Below are positions 40,375 through 53,538 of a DNA stretch of 64,000 nucleotides, piece by piece. Position 1 is the stretch's first letter; every line of letters begins with the position of its first letter. A program made the position numbers and the translations under genes. The notes under the pieces were generated by a model. That model searched no databases and was not told where the DNA came from. It saw only the letters and a list, made by a program, of their open reading frames with translations. Origin of the DNA: Sminthopsis crassicaudata (lineage: Eukaryota); contig NC_133623.1 of the NCBI RefSeq assembly GCF_048593235.1, positions 1,860,001 through 1,924,000 on the forward strand. The letters run 5' to 3'.

Positions 40375-40496
40375 TCTACCATATCTATCTATATGTCCAC
40401 CTACCATATCTGTCTATCAATTTCTTTCTCTCTGTATGTCTACAATATCTGTCTATCCATCTGTCTATCTCTTCATCTATCATATCTGTCTATCTA

Positions 40497-40573
<77 letters not shown>

Positions 40574-41260
40574 GTCTCTCTCTCTATCCCATATCTATCT
40601 GAATATCTATGTATGGGTCTACCATAACTATTGATCCATTTATCTATCTGTCCATCTAACATATTTGTATATCCATTTCTCTCTCTGTCTACCATATCTG
40701 ACAATCCATCCGATATCTATCTATCTTTCTGTCTGTCTACCATATCTATCTATCCATTTATCTATCTGTCCATCTACTGTATCTATCTAGTTTTTTCTGT
40801 CTGTCTACAATATCTGTCTATCCATCCATCTTTTTATCTATCTATCTATCTATCTATCTAAATATGTCTGCCATATCTATCCATTTATCTCTCTTTGTCT
40901 ACCATGTCTGTCTGTCTGTCTATCTATCTATCTTTGTGCCTGCCATATCTAACTATCCATTTATCTCTGTGTCTGCCNNNNNNNNNNNNNNNNNNNNNNN
41001 NNNNNNNNNNNNNNNNNNNNNNNNNNNNNNNNNNNNNNNNNNNNNNNNNNNNNNNNNNNNNNNNNNNNNNNNNNNNNNNNNNNNNNNNNNNNNNNNNNNN
41101 NNNNNNNNNNNNNNNNNNTCATCTATATGTCTACTATATCTATCTATGCATTTATTTATCTATCTACCATATCCGTCTGTCTATCTATCCATTTATCTTT
41201 CTCTCTATCATCTGTCTGTCTGTGTTTCTCTGATATCTCTGTATGTTTCTATTAATCTAA
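39928..41260. repeat. (TCTA)n/(TC)n microsatellite complex with gap 40978-41118
   Basis: Directly visible; pure (TC)n at ~40500-40560. Confidence 0.95.
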
Positions 41261-41789
41261 TTTAATAAACATTAAATGTCTATTATGTGCCAGACACTGT
41301 GATAAGCGCTGGGGCTGTAAAAATAGTCAAAAGCCAGTTTGTACCTTCAAGGAGCTTACAATCTAACAGCAGAGACAACATGGAAAGGTGTGTAAAGCAA
41401 GGTATATCCTGGATAAATTGGAAATAATTATCAGGAAAAGCATTGGACTTAAGAGGGATTAGGGAAAGTTTCCTATAGGAGGCGGGATTTTAGTGGGGAT
41501 TTTACAGAAGCTTGGGACAGGGATCGGTAGTTGGACTGGAGGAGGGAACACATTGAAGTTATAAGGGACAACCAGGGAGAATGCCTGGCATCCTGAGATG
41601 AAGAGGCTTGTTTTAGGAACAACCAGGAAGTCAGGCTCACTGGATCAAAGAATCCAGTGGGGAGGAAAGTGAGAAAGCTTGAAAAAGCAGGGCTTTGAAT
41701 GCCAAATTAAAAAAAAAAAATGTCTTCATCTATTTCACATCTATCTCCATTTGTTTGTTTCTCTCTGTCTCTGTCTCTCTCTATGTAGC

Positions 41790-42230
41790 TAGCCATCTCC
41801 ATATCTCTCTTCTTTTTTGGCAAGCGTACATTTGTCATTCAAACACCGTGGCCAGTTCCATGGAGTTGTGCTCTCTGCCACAGCATTTGGATGCTTGCCG
41901 GTTGAGCTCCCCAAGGGCCTGGTCTGGTACCTGATCCTGCCAGGTGACCTTCCGAATCTCCCTAAGACAATTCACATGGAAGCCATTGTTTCCCAGCATG
42001 GTGCTGGCAGGCCGTCCAGGTTTCATGGGCATATGGCAACGAGATTGGCATGAGGGTCCTGAAGGCCTTCTGTTTGGGGGTCGGTCTAATCCCTCTCCTC
42101 TCCCACACTTTCCTTCAGAGCCTCAAACACTGAGCTAACTCTGGCCACGTGTGTGACCATCTCATAGTCCACGTGGACATCCCTGGATGTTGCTTATCCA
42201 CAGTGACAGGGCAAGCATCCACAAGGTGAT
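41790..42230 (-). mobile_element. RTE-clade LINE fragment (RT C-terminal region), frameshifted
   Basis: Minus-strand translation across frames: GIRPTPKQKAFRTLMPISLPYAHETWTACQHHAGK / FHVNCLREIRKVTWQDQVPD / PSIQMLWQRAQL...GH...NVRLPK, matching RTE ORF YACETWT...FHLNCLRKILKITWQDKIPD...QRAQLRWAGH. Confidence 0.8.
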
Positions 42231-42248
42231 CAGAAAAAGTGGAACAAA

Positions 42249-42404
42249 GGGGGCAGCTAGGGGGCGCAGTGGAGAGAGCACCAGCCCTGAATTCAGGTGG
42301 ACCCGAGTTCAAATCTGTCTCAGACACTTAACACTTTCTAGCTGTGTGACCTTGGGCAAGTCACTGAACCCCAGCCTCAGGGGGAAAAAAAAAAGAAAAG
42401 AAAA
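42249..42404 (+). mobile_element. Young WSINE1-like SINE with 16-bp TSD
   Basis: TSD agaaaaagtggaacaa at 42232-42247 and 42405-42420. Confidence 0.92.
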
Positions 42405-42786
42405 AGAAAAAGTGGAACAAGGACCCTTTAAGGTCTCTCTTAAGTGATTTTACAACATAGGAGACAGTGGCCCAGGACCTCCCCGCATGGCGTGCCGTCA
42501 CCAGAGAAGGTGCTGGGCTCCGTGAGCAAAACAGAATTGAATTAGCTCTGAAGAAATATGAGATGTGCAAAGTTCGAGAAGCCCCCAAATGTTCAGAGGT
42601 TTCAGAGATGTAAACGTTGGGGCTGGAAGAAAGACCGTCTGCAAATAGCCTCTGAGTGTCTCCTAGGGAGGGGAAAGCAACTTAAAAGCACTCAGGCTTC
42701 AGCCCGTCCCAAGGCCAAGGGGCTAAGAGGAAGAAAACCGGGACCGGGGAAAGTTAGAGGGCCTGAGGGAGGACCGAGCTTGGGGA

Positions 42787-42936
42787 GGGAGGGTCTCCTT
42801 TGCACATGGCTCCAGGGAGGAGCGAGCTTGGGGAGGGTCTCCTTTGCACATGGCTCCAGGGAGGAGCGAGCTTGGGGAGGGTCTCCTTTGCACATGGCTC
42901 CAGGGAGGAGCGAGCTTGGGGAGGGTCTCCTTTGCA
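42787..42936 (+). repeat. 44-bp minisatellite, ~3.4 perfect copies
   Basis: gggtctcctttgcacatggctccagggaggagcgagcttgggga recurs at 42791, 42835, 42879, 42923. Confidence 0.95.
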
Positions 42937-43821
42937 GATGTCCTAAGTGACTAAACTGTCCGGCCTCTGACCCAATGAGCCCACTAATGTCAAGGAACTG
43001 AAAGACAGAAGACACATTGTCTACCTGGAAGTGGTGGCCCCCTCCCCCAATTGGGGAACAGCTCCATGGAGGTGTAAGAATGTACTAAAATGCAGTCAAA
43101 CACGTTGCCCTCGAGAAATCCAGAGCAACATTGGCAGAGCCCACAGGGACTGACACCACTTACCTAGTGCCCACCCTGTGCCAGGCAACATGCTGGACAC
43201 TTCACAAATTCCATCTCATTTGATTCTCGCGCCAAACCTGGGACGTTAGTGCTATTATGAGCTCCATGTGGCGGCTGAAGAAACTGAGGGAAACAGGGGT
43301 TAGGTGACTTTCTCAGGGTCACACAGCTAATAAGGGTTCGAGCTCACGTGACCTGACTCCAGTGCCCTGAGCGCACCCCCCTCGTTACCACTGCCCTCCA
43401 TCTGCGGAAGGAGCTGCGGAAGAAGAGGTCCAGAGAGTCCTCCCTCCCTCCCTCCTCCTCTTCCCCTCCCCCTTCCCCACCCTTTCCTTGCTCCCCACTC
43501 CAACTCTGGGAGCAACAGCGGGGGGCTGGCTTGAATGAACTAGGGGCTACAGTCATGTGAAGGAAGGCAAGAGGGCAACCTAGGGAGTCACCCAGAGTGG
43601 AAAAAGCTGCACGGGACCCAGGCCTGACCCCGTGACACAACAGGGAAACACGAGAAATGCCACGAAGCTGGATGGAAGCTCCCCTGGGGGGAGCCCCAAA
43701 TGGCCACACCATTCTATGTGCTAACATCCATTGATGGAAGGAGTCGCCAAAAAAAAATTCCCCATTTCTAACCAGTTGTCTTGCTGTTTAATATTGAAGT
43801 TATGGTTTAAATTCCTTTTTT

Positions 43822-44169
43822 ATTTTATTTTTAATTTTTTTATTATATGTATATATATATATTTTATAATATTATCCCTTGTATTCATTTTTCCAAATTA
43901 CCCCCCCTCCCTCTATTCCCTCCCCCCGACGACAGGCAATCCCATACATTTTACATGTGTTACAATATAGTCTAGGTACAATACATGTGTGCGAATATCA
44001 TTTTCTTGTTGCACAATAAACATTAGAATCCGAAGGTACATGCAACCTGGGCAGACAGATTGTAGTGCTAACAATTTACATTCCCCTCCCAGTGTTTCTT
44101 CTCTGGGTGTAGCTACCTCTGTCCATCATTGATCAACTGGAAGTGAGTTGGATCTTCTTTATGTTGAAG
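43822..44169 (-). mobile_element. 5'-truncated L1 with 14-bp TSD
   Basis: TSD taaattcctttttt at 43808-43821 and 44170-44183; antisense L1 3'UTR between. Confidence 0.9.
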
Positions 44170-44194
44170 TAAATTCCTTTTTTAAAAAAGAGTG

Positions 44195-44340
44195 GGTGCG
44201 TCTGGGGGCGCAGTGGGTAGAGCACCAGCCCCGAGGTCAGGAGGACCTAAGTTCCAATTTGCGTTCAGACACTTAACACTTCCCAGCAAGTCAATTAACC
44301 CCAATTGCCTCAGAAGAAAAAACAAATGAAAGAATGAATG
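44195..44340 (+). mobile_element. WSINE1-like SINE with internal deletion and (GAAT)n tail
   Basis: gggggcgcagtgggtagagcacc...aaccccaattgcctcag. Confidence 0.8.
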
Positions 44341-44863
44341 AAGGAATGAATGCTGGGAAGATGGCGGCTTAGGTTGGTAAATTTCAAGCTCTCCCGATTC
44401 TCCCCCCTCCTCCCACGTCCAATAGAACAAATTTGTGCCCCAGGTGGACACAAAGGTCACGATTTGTTCTGCCCCACAACTTGGGGCCTCCAGGCACAAC
44501 TCCAGCAGATTATTTGAAGAAAGTGCGGGGGCTGGGATTAATCCCTGCGAGGAGCAAACACCTCCGGGCTAGCTCCACACACACCCAGTGGGGACCCCTG
44601 GGGGGTCGGAGTCTCCGTGGGAACAAAGGAGACTTTCACCTCCTGTGCGGTTTGCGGAGTCTGGGTTAGAGTCCCGGAGCGCTGAAGGAAGATCACGTGA
44701 TTGGGAACTCAGGCCCAGCCGCGCTGCAGTGACTCTGCCCTGGGCCAGACCCAGCACCAGGTGAGTGTAGAGTGGTCAGGGGCAGTGCTGGCTGCCGGCG
44801 CTTGCAGGAGGGCAGCTCTTGGTTTGGGTTCCTGCTCAGAGTGGGGAGAACTGAAGGGAAGCT

Positions 44864-45815
44864 CGAGGAGCTTTTCAATTTGATGTAATCAAACTCTTCT
44901 ATTTTGTGATCAATAATGATCTCTAGTTCTCCTCTGGTCATAAATTCCTTCCTCCTCCACAAGTCTGAGAGGTAGATTATCCTCTGTTCCTCTAATCTAT
45001 TTATTATCTCCCTCTTTATGCCTAAATCATGGACCCATTTTGATCTTATCTTGGTATATGGTGTTAGGTGTGGGTCCATATCTAATTTCTGCCATACTAA
45101 TTTCCAGTTTTCCCAACAGTTTTTTCCGAATAATGAATTTTTATCCCTAATGTTGGAATCTTTGGGTTTGTCAAAGATTAGATTGCTATAGATGTACCCT
45201 TTTTTGTCCTTTGTATCTAATCTGTTCCACTGATCCACTGGTCTATTTCTTAGCCAATACCAAATGGTTTTGGTGACTGCTGCTATATAATATAGCTTTA
45301 GATCAGGTACACTTAGACCACCTTCCTCTGAGTTTTTTTTCCATTAGTTCCCTTGCAATTCTCGACCTTTTATTCTTCCATATGAATTTTGTTGTTATTT
45401 TTTCTAGGTCATTGAAATAGTTTCTTGGGAGTCTGATTGGTATAGCACTAAATAAATAGATTAGTTTGGGGAGTATTGTCATCTTTATTATATTCGCTCG
45501 GCCTATCCAAGAGCACTGAATGTCTTTCCAATTGGTTAGATCTGACTTTATTTGTGTGGAAAGTGTTTTGTAGTTTTGCTCATATAATTCCTGACTTTCC
45601 TTTGATAGATGGATTCCCAAATACTTTATACTATCGACCATTATTTTGAATGGAATTTCTCTTTGTATCTCTTGCTGTTGAATTTTGTTGGTGATGTATA
45701 AAAATGCTGAGGATTTATGTGGATTTATTTTGTATCCTGCCACTTTGCTAAAATTCTGAATTATTTCTAGTAGCTTTTTAGTAGAATCCCTGGGATTCTC
45801 TAAGTATACCATCGA
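44864..45815 (-). mobile_element. Relatively young L1 ORF2 (RT/C-terminal) segment, antisense
   Basis: ORF track 45303-45881 and 44693-45238: YLENPRDSTKKLLEII.NFSKVAGYKIN..., WIGRANIIKMTILPKLIYLFSAIPI, DQWNRLD...NLIFDKP. Confidence 0.95.
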
Positions 45816-45816
45816 T

Positions 45817-46885
45817 CTGATTTTTCTTGGGCAACAACATAATTGTATAAATATATATGCATATACTGCAGTGTTTCCCAAAGTGTGGTATGGGTACCCC
45901 CAGGGGTACGGGATGAGTTTGGTGGGGGTGCATGTCGCACTGGAGTTTGATGGGGATATGCACTGCGCCGTGCTTAGCTGCGCCTAATTCTATGTTCTCA
46001 TGAGTCAAGTCAAGACAATCTTGTGAGGCGTGAGATGGTCCCATGTAACATGGCATGAATATATCACACTTCGTTATGGGGACAACTTACTTCGTTAATA
46101 GTTAGTGGCTTCTCCAGGCGCCTGTATATTTTTAGCTTTTCTGTGATTTTTCTTATAGGAAAGGTTTGTTATGTGCTTTACTAAGTCCCACTGATTTTGA
46201 TTATTTTTATATAGAAAGGATGAAATTGTTTGTGCTGAGATAACAGATAGTCATAATTTGGTTCCGTGGTTGTTAATTTTAATCTGAGATGCGGTTCCAC
46301 GTCCAATAGTTTGTTCCTTTTTTTCAACTTAATGTCTACAAATGCTGAAAAAGCAACTTCACATAAATATGAAGGCAAGATATATTTCAGAACTTTTTCT
46401 GTTAAAACAGGATACACATGTTGCATTTGTAACCAGAATGAAAAGTATACTCTTATGTATATTTTTCAAGAATCCATCTGAAACCAATTCCAACAATTGC
46501 TCTTCCACATGCGACAAACCTTCTGGCATGGATTTATATTTTATTATGAATAATTTTATTTTTTGTTTCTTATTATTTTATGTATGTACCAAAAATATAT
46601 TTTGATTGTTATTAAAGTACATCCTTTTTTTTTTTTGGATGAGGGGTACTCAGCATTATGAAAATTATAGAAGGGGCACACATATGTCAAAAGTTTGAGA
46701 AACACTGATATACTGGATTTAGCATATATTTTTGACCATGTTTAACATATATTGGATTACTTGACATCTAGGGGAGGGCATGGGGGAATGGGAGGAAATT
46801 GGAACACAAGGTTTTTTGCAAGGGTCAGTGGTGAAAAATTATCCATGCATATGTTTTGAAAATAGAAAACTTTAATAAAAAAAAT
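45817..46885 (+). mobile_element. L1 3'UTR/polyA tail (sense) interrupted by the hAT element
   Basis: ctgatttttcttg...tatatgc|atatactg|gatttagcatata...taggggaggg...ttaataaaaaaaa is continuous across the TSD. Confidence 0.8.
45869..46707 (-). mobile_element. hAT/Charlie-family DNA transposon, internally deleted (839 bp), with transposase C-terminal remnant
   Basis: TIRs cagtgtttcccaaagt / cagtgtttctcaaact (14/16); perfect 8-bp TSD ATATACTG at 45861-45868 and 46708-46715; minus-strand LPSYLCEVAFSAFVDIKLKKRNKLLDVEPHLRLKL resembles the hAT dimerisation domain. Confidence 0.92.
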
Positions 46886-48619
46886 CTTCTACCCCAAAGA
46901 TGAACACAAAATGGCTCCCTGCCCAGAGAGAATTTATAGAACTCAAAAAATAATTTAAAACTTGAATGAGAGACATTGAGGCAAAACTAAAATAAATAAA
47001 TAAAAACCATCCAAGAAAAATAAGATTATGAAGAAAAGTTATTCAACTAGAAAAGGAGATACAAAGTCTTAAAGAAGAAAATAACTCTTTGAAAATTAAA
47101 ATTGGGCAAGGGGAAGTCAGTGAAGCTATAAGAGACCAAGAAATAACAAAACAGATTATAAAGAATGAGAAAATAGAACAGAATGTGAAACATAACAAAA
47201 ATGACAGCTCTGGAGAAGAGATCAAGAAAAGAAGATGTAAGAATGATTGGACTGACTGAAAGTTATGACCAAAAAGAGAACCTGGACACAACAATGCAGG
47301 AAATAATCCAAGAAAATTGTCCTGGAGTGATAGAACATGAAGGGAAAGTAGAAATAGAGAAGATTCACCTATCACTACCTCAAAGAGATCCTTTGTGGAA
47401 AACACATAGGAATATTATCACCAAATTTTGAAACCCCCAGGTCAAAGAGAAAATTTTACAAGAAACAAGAAAACAAATCAAATCAAATGCATTGGAGCTA
47501 CCATTAGAATTGTATAAGATTTAGCAGCAGTTATAATAAAAGACCACAAGTCTTGGAATCCTGTCTCCTGACAATCTAAAGAACTAGGCCTGTGGCCAAA
47601 AATATCACATCCAGCAAAATTGTCTATAACTTTAAATGAGAAAAAAAATGGACATTCAGCAAACTTGCAGATTTTCAGGACTTTCTATCAACGAACCCAA
47701 ATTTAATAGAAAATTTAACAGAAAAGAACCAATATCAAAGATCAGTTTTAAGATCCACATGGACAAATGGACAAATTATGGGAAATATATACTACCTGTT
47801 TAAGATCCACATCAACAATAGGGTAGCTCAAAAGAAAGATTGGCAGAGTTAAGGTAAAAATGTTATACAAATGAGGTATGGAGGAAGAATAGACACAGAG
47901 ACATTAGAGAGGGGAGGAGGGCTTGTAGTTCTGAAAACCTACTCTCATTGGGAATGGATTTAATAGGTAATACCACATATATACCATGAAGGATATAGCA
48001 TCCTCTAAAATCTATAAAGAAATAAGGGAGAAAGGATGGGGAATGAGGAAGCAAAAGGAGATGGAAGAAGACAAGAGAGGGATCCCTGAGTGGGGGAGGC
48101 TAAGTAATAGCAAGGCACAAGTTATGGAGCAGATATTAATGAACGAGTCAGCAGGGATAGAAAAGAGATGTGTGTTGGGGAGGTATGTGTGTGTGTGTGT
48201 GTGTGTCTACATATGTCTACATAAATATATCTTTTCTTAACTATAGCTTGCCTGGGATTGGGGGTGGGGGACGAAAGGGGGAGAAAGAATAAAGTAAATA
48301 AGGTGTGTGGCAGAGGACAAAAACAATTTACAAGGAAGTAAAGAAAAAATGGACATTCACGAATATAATTTCTTCTACATACATACTATACAGATATACT
48401 TTCTTGATCTGGTAAATTGTTATGTATTTTGAAACCTCCCTGATATTCTGCTGGGCACATGACAATGCTTTATTTCCTTTTCTGTTTTCTTTTCTTTTCT
48501 TATTCTGTTTTTTCAAATAAAATAATTTTTTAAAAAAGGAATAAAAAAAATTAAAAAGGAGCTGAATGGGAGAAGTGTCCCAGCCCAGCTACCATCAACA
48601 GAACCCATGAATATACAGG

Positions 48620-49035
48620 GCAAGACAGTCACAGAATCAGGACACAGTCCAAGGTATGGTGAGAGATGACGATGTCTTTAGCATCCCTGGGAATGGTGGT
48701 CTGGGCTGATTCTGTGTTCCCAGGAACAGAAATATCACCAGCCTCATCTCTAACTCTGGGGCTTATTAATAGTATAAACCCCAAGGGGAACAAAGAATAG
48801 AAGGAGACCTGTGGCACATTTGGTTCTATTCTGGGAAAAGAAGCTTCCCACAGAGTCCAGGAGTTCAGGGTCACTTCTCTCTTGGAGAGAGACCAGGGAA
48901 GACCAGAACACTCAGCCATCTTCCTGTACCCCACAAAAGGTGAAACTGCCATCTCCTTTGGATCAGATCCCCGCACAAACATTGACCAGGTCACACACAG
49001 GTCCGAACTGTCTTCCTGTTGGATAGCTACCACAC
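48620..49035 (-). mobile_element. Possible LTR-type element
   Basis: ~400-bp unique-looking block between an L1-type tail and (CA)n; minus strand begins tgtggtagct; no TSD confirmed. Confidence 0.3.
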
Positions 49036-50289
49036 ATACACATACATATATGTTCTATATTTAGTCAGGCACATGGGCCACCTATCCTCATAGAAAGTAA
49101 GCTTCTAGAGGCCAGGGATTGTTTCCTTTGTATCTCCCAGCGCCTAAACCAGCATCTGGAACTTGGTAGGTTTTTAATAAATGTTTAAATCGATGTTCAG
49201 ATGATTGATTGGTTGGATTAGAATGCTGAGAAGTATTGAGAGAATTACCCTAAGAAAATATTTTGGTGCCTTTTTTTTTTCTCTACAGGCAGCAGTAGCC
49301 TTAGCAGGATAGCTGAGAGTGAACTCCTCATTGTAACAAAGACACCAGGGCTTTCATGCTGGGGATAAGGCAGGGATGAAAGGGCAGAGAAACCTATTTT
49401 GGATAACCCAAGCAAGCTCCCCATAGTCTCAGCACATGGAGAATGATGGGTACATACTGGTCACCAGAAAACCTGGCCTGGATCATTTGGAGGCTGCAAG
49501 AATTTACTTGGTACAAAAATACTTTCAGAAATAGAAAGACTTTTTTATTGCAGCTGAAGTTCCAACCCCTCATCTTCAAAAAAAGATGGAAGGAAGGCAG
49601 AAAGCCTATGTACCCAGTGAGGCTCCCTTTTACCACCAAGAGCGGTCCAGAACCTTGTGGAGTATCTGAGACATTAGTCAGCATTCACACCAAATTGTGT
49701 CCTTTGAGAACCCTTTCTAAACTGCTCTTAAGCCTTAATTAGTAGTTAGTTACAGAGCCTCATTTTGCAAATCAAGTCCAAGGCTAAAGAGCTTCCTACT
49801 GGAAAGCCAACCTGGATGAAAGCCTTCTCTTTCCGCTTTCCCCTTCCCAGCAGAGAGGCTGACATTATGACAGACTGTGGGTTTGACCAAATGGGCAAGA
49901 AAATACCACAGAGAAGAATTTATAGAAACAGAGAGAGACCCTTCAAATTCAGTCAGTTTTGTAGGTTGGGAACCTCCTCCCCACTTTGTCCCACACCCAG
50001 ATTCAAGCTTTACTTCATTTTTTCACATTTGGGAGAACTGTCGTTTGATTTTAATGAATCAACAGCCCACAAACATCCATTAGCTGATGCTAAGTCCCAA
50101 AGATTGTCAGTTGGCCTTGGAATTGCTAAATGAAGGCAATTGTAAAAAGAATCTTCTCAATCAAATTTACCATTTATTAACTACCTAGTATATGTAAGAC
50201 ACCCAAGTTACTCAGTGCCGGACAATTGATGGCATTACTTGGTTTTGCCTAATTGCTAGAGTTGTGTTTTTGGTTTTAGTTTTTTGAAT

Positions 50290-52620
50290 TAAAAAAAAAC
50301 AACATTCTTTGCTTTTTAAAATTTTGAGTTCTAGATTCTCTGCCTCCCCCCACTGAGAAGGCAGACAGTTTAATATTAATTAGGCATGTGAAATCATGCA
50401 AATCATTTCCATATTAGACATCTCACCAAAAAAAGTGAAAAAATTATACTTCTGTTTGCACTCAGAGTTCATCGCTTTTCTCTCTGGAGCTGGTTAGCAA
50501 ATTTCTTCATCATGAATCCTTTGGAATTGTCTTGTATTATTGTACTGATCAGAGTAGTCAAATCTTTAAAAGGTGATCAACATTGCTGTTATTATACACA
50601 ATGATCTCCTGGTTCTTCTTGCTTCACTACGTACCCAGATTAATATAAGAGGGAATAGAATACTCAAATAACCTGATTTTAGAAATTTATTGATGTAAAC
50701 ATCAGTTTATATAGATCTTGCCATGGCTTTTTTCTTTTTTCTGAAACCACTCCCCTTGTTATTCCTTGTCATTCCCAAAAATATTCCATCACAATCATAT
50801 ACCACACACAATTAATACTTTTCTAACTATTTAGACCTGATTTTATTTGTATGAAGTATTTTATAATTGCACTTACTTGTTGGATTTGCTCGGCGATTAG
50901 ACTCTCAAGTATTTTATATTGTCTACAGTTATTTTAAAAGGAATTTCTTTTTCTATCTCTTGCTACTGGATTTTGTTTGTAACACATGTAGAAATGCTGA
51001 TGATTTATGTGGGTTATATGCTTGCTGAAGTTTTTAATCATTTCAAGTAGTTTTTCAGTTGATTCTCTGGGATTCTCTAAGCCTAATATTATATCATCTA
51101 CAAAGAGTGAATTTTGTTTTCTCATCGCCTACTCCGATTACTTCAATTTCTTTTTTTTTTTAATTTCAATAACTAGGATTTCTAGTATAATATTGAGTAA
51201 TAGTGGTGATAATGGATATCCTTGTTTCACCCTTGTTCTTACTAGAAAGGCTTATAGCTTATGCCCATTACAGATAATGCTTGCTAATGGTTTTAGATAC
51301 ATATTATTTATCATTTTAAAGAAAGCTCCATTTATTCCTGTACTTTCTAGTGTTTTTATCAGGAATGGGTGTTATGTTTTGTCCAAAACCTTTTCTGCAT
51401 CTGTTGAGATACTCATATGATTTTTGCTGTTTTTTGTTATTTATATAGTCAATCATACTGGCAGTTTTTCTAATATTGAACAAGCACTGCATTCCTGGTA
51501 TAAAGCCCACTTGGTTATAGTGTATGATCTTTGTGATATTTCTGTAATCTCTTTGCTGGTATTTTATTTAAATGTTCCTTTACCAATATTCATTAGGGAA
51601 ATTGATCTATAGTTTTCTTTTTCTGTTTTTGCTCTTCCTGTTTAGGTATAAGCACCATATTTCTGTCATAAAGGAATTTGGTAAGACTCCTTTGTGTTTT
51701 TTTTTTCTCAAATAGTATATGTAGTATTGGAATTAATTTTTCTTTAAATGTTTGGTAGAATTCATTTGTGGTGTCTTTTTCTTTGGGAGCTCATTGATGG
51801 TTTCTTCCATTTCTTCTTCTAAGATAAGGTCTTCTATTTCCACTTATATTAATCTGGGCAATTTATATTTTTGTAAATATTTATTCATTCCCTTTACATT
51901 GTTAAATTTGTTGGCACATAATTGGGTAAAATAATTTCTAATAATGCTTTAATATTTTCTTCATTGGTGGAGAATTCATTTTTCTTGTTTTTAATACTTG
52001 TAATTTGTTTTTATTTTCTTTTTTAAGTCTAACTGATGGTTTATCTATTTTCTTGGCTTACACCCTCCCAATCAAATTCTAGTTTTATTTATTAGTTCAG
52101 TGGTTTTTTTACTTTCAATTTGATTAATCTCACCTTTGATTTTCAGGATTTCCAATTTGGTGTTTAATTGGTGATTTTACATTCATTATTTTTCTACCTT
52201 GTTTGGTTGTACACCCACTTTATTGATATGCTCTTTTTTAGTTTTATTGATGTAAGAATATATATATATTTTCCCCTAGGTACTGCTTTGGCTGAATCTC
52301 ATAAATTTTGGTATGTTGTCTCCTTGTTTTCATTCTCTTTCATGAAATTATTGATTGTTTTTATGATTTGTTCATTGACACGCTCGTTCTTTAGGATTAG
52401 ATTATTTCGTTTCCAATTAATTTTTAATCTATGTATGTACATAATCTATATCAGATTGCTTACCATCTCAAGGAAGAGGTAGGGGAGAGAGGTAAAATTT
52501 GAAACTCAGAACTTAAAAAAACCCAAATGTTTAAAAAATGGCTTTTATATGTAATTGAGGGGAAATATTATTTTATCTTTCCATGGCCCCTTATTGAATG
52601 TAATTTTATTACATTCTTTT
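50290..52620 (-). mobile_element. Older L1 (3' tail + ORF2) antisense, fragmented
   Basis: ORF track LFVDDIILGLENPRESTEKLLEMIKNFSK and MGFIPGMQCLFNIRKT. Confidence 0.85.
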
Positions 52621-53235
52621 CTTTGTTTGGTTGTGAGATTTTCATGCCCAACACAAGAATTGGAGCAGCAACAACTTTGCCATCCTCCAGAGCCTCAGTT
52701 TCTCAGCTGTACAATGAAGGAGTTTGGAGTTAGGTGGGTTCCTTTAGAGTGCTATCTAATTGTGAGTGAGTCTGGAGTTTCTGTAAATGGAATTACAGAA
52801 CAAGGAGTTTCCATTATGATGGATTTACATGGAATAGCTTATTCTGATCCACAGACTCTTAGCTCTAGACCTTCCACCACAATGATAGGATTTTAAAAAT
52901 TAACTTATTAAAAATGAAAATAAATTATTTTTTAATTTTATTTTCAATTCCAAATTCTCTCTCTTCCTCTTCCTTCTTTTGAGAAGGCCATGACAACAAA
53001 GCTCTTTATAAATATCTATAGGGATGTAAAACAAATCTCTGCATTAGCTGGCATACACAATACTATCTATAGTTATTTTAAATGGAATTTCCTTTTTTGT
53101 CTATTCTTACTGGATTTTGTTGATAATATATAGAAATGCTGATAATGTAACAGAATGTAAAGAATAAGATAGGGCTTAGGGGAAGGATAAGCTCAGTTAT
53201 GGACATGCTGAATTTAAGATGTCTTTGAGACATCA

Positions 53236-53380
53236 TTTCACCTCTGTCGGCCTTAATCTGCTGAAGAAGGAAATGGCAAAGCACTCCAGTATCTTTGCCA
53301 AAAAAACTCCATGGATAGTATAGCTCATAGGGTCACAAAGAGTAGGATACCACAGAACGACCGAAGAGCAGCAACAACAA
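53236..53380 (+). mobile_element. MAR1-type SINE 3' end (RTE-derived tail) within an L2-like fragment
   Basis: gaagaaggaaatggcaaagcactccagtatctttgcc...gggtcacaaagagt...caacaacaa. Confidence 0.7.
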
Positions 53381-53538
53381 AGAGACATCCAGTTTGGTAT
53401 ATCCAAGATTGGAGGTTGGCAACCAGGTTAGGGTTGGAGAAGTTGATCTGAGGGTCTTCTGCATAGAAATGCTAATTGAAATCCTGGGAACTGATGAGAA
53501 GACCAAGTGAAATGGTATCTCTAAAATAGTTATCTTGG

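Larger units (their letters stand above)
44343..48555 (+). mobile_element. HAL1-like (ORF1-only L1 derivative) host element, split by nested insertions at 44864-46885
   Basis: CpG-rich 5'UTR starting gggaagatggcgg (YY1-type start); degraded ORF1 at ~46900-47720 (LEKRSRKEDVRMIGLTES..., IEKIHLSLPQRDP); then a unique 3' region and A-rich tail with no ORF2 between. Confidence 0.55.

Noticed and set aside
49270-49700. Strong acceptor (ttttttttctctacAG, 49287-49288) as an exon of another gene
   Set aside because: All three frames close within about 30 codons and the nearby 99-aa ORF has no recognisable homology; a non-coding exon cannot be excluded
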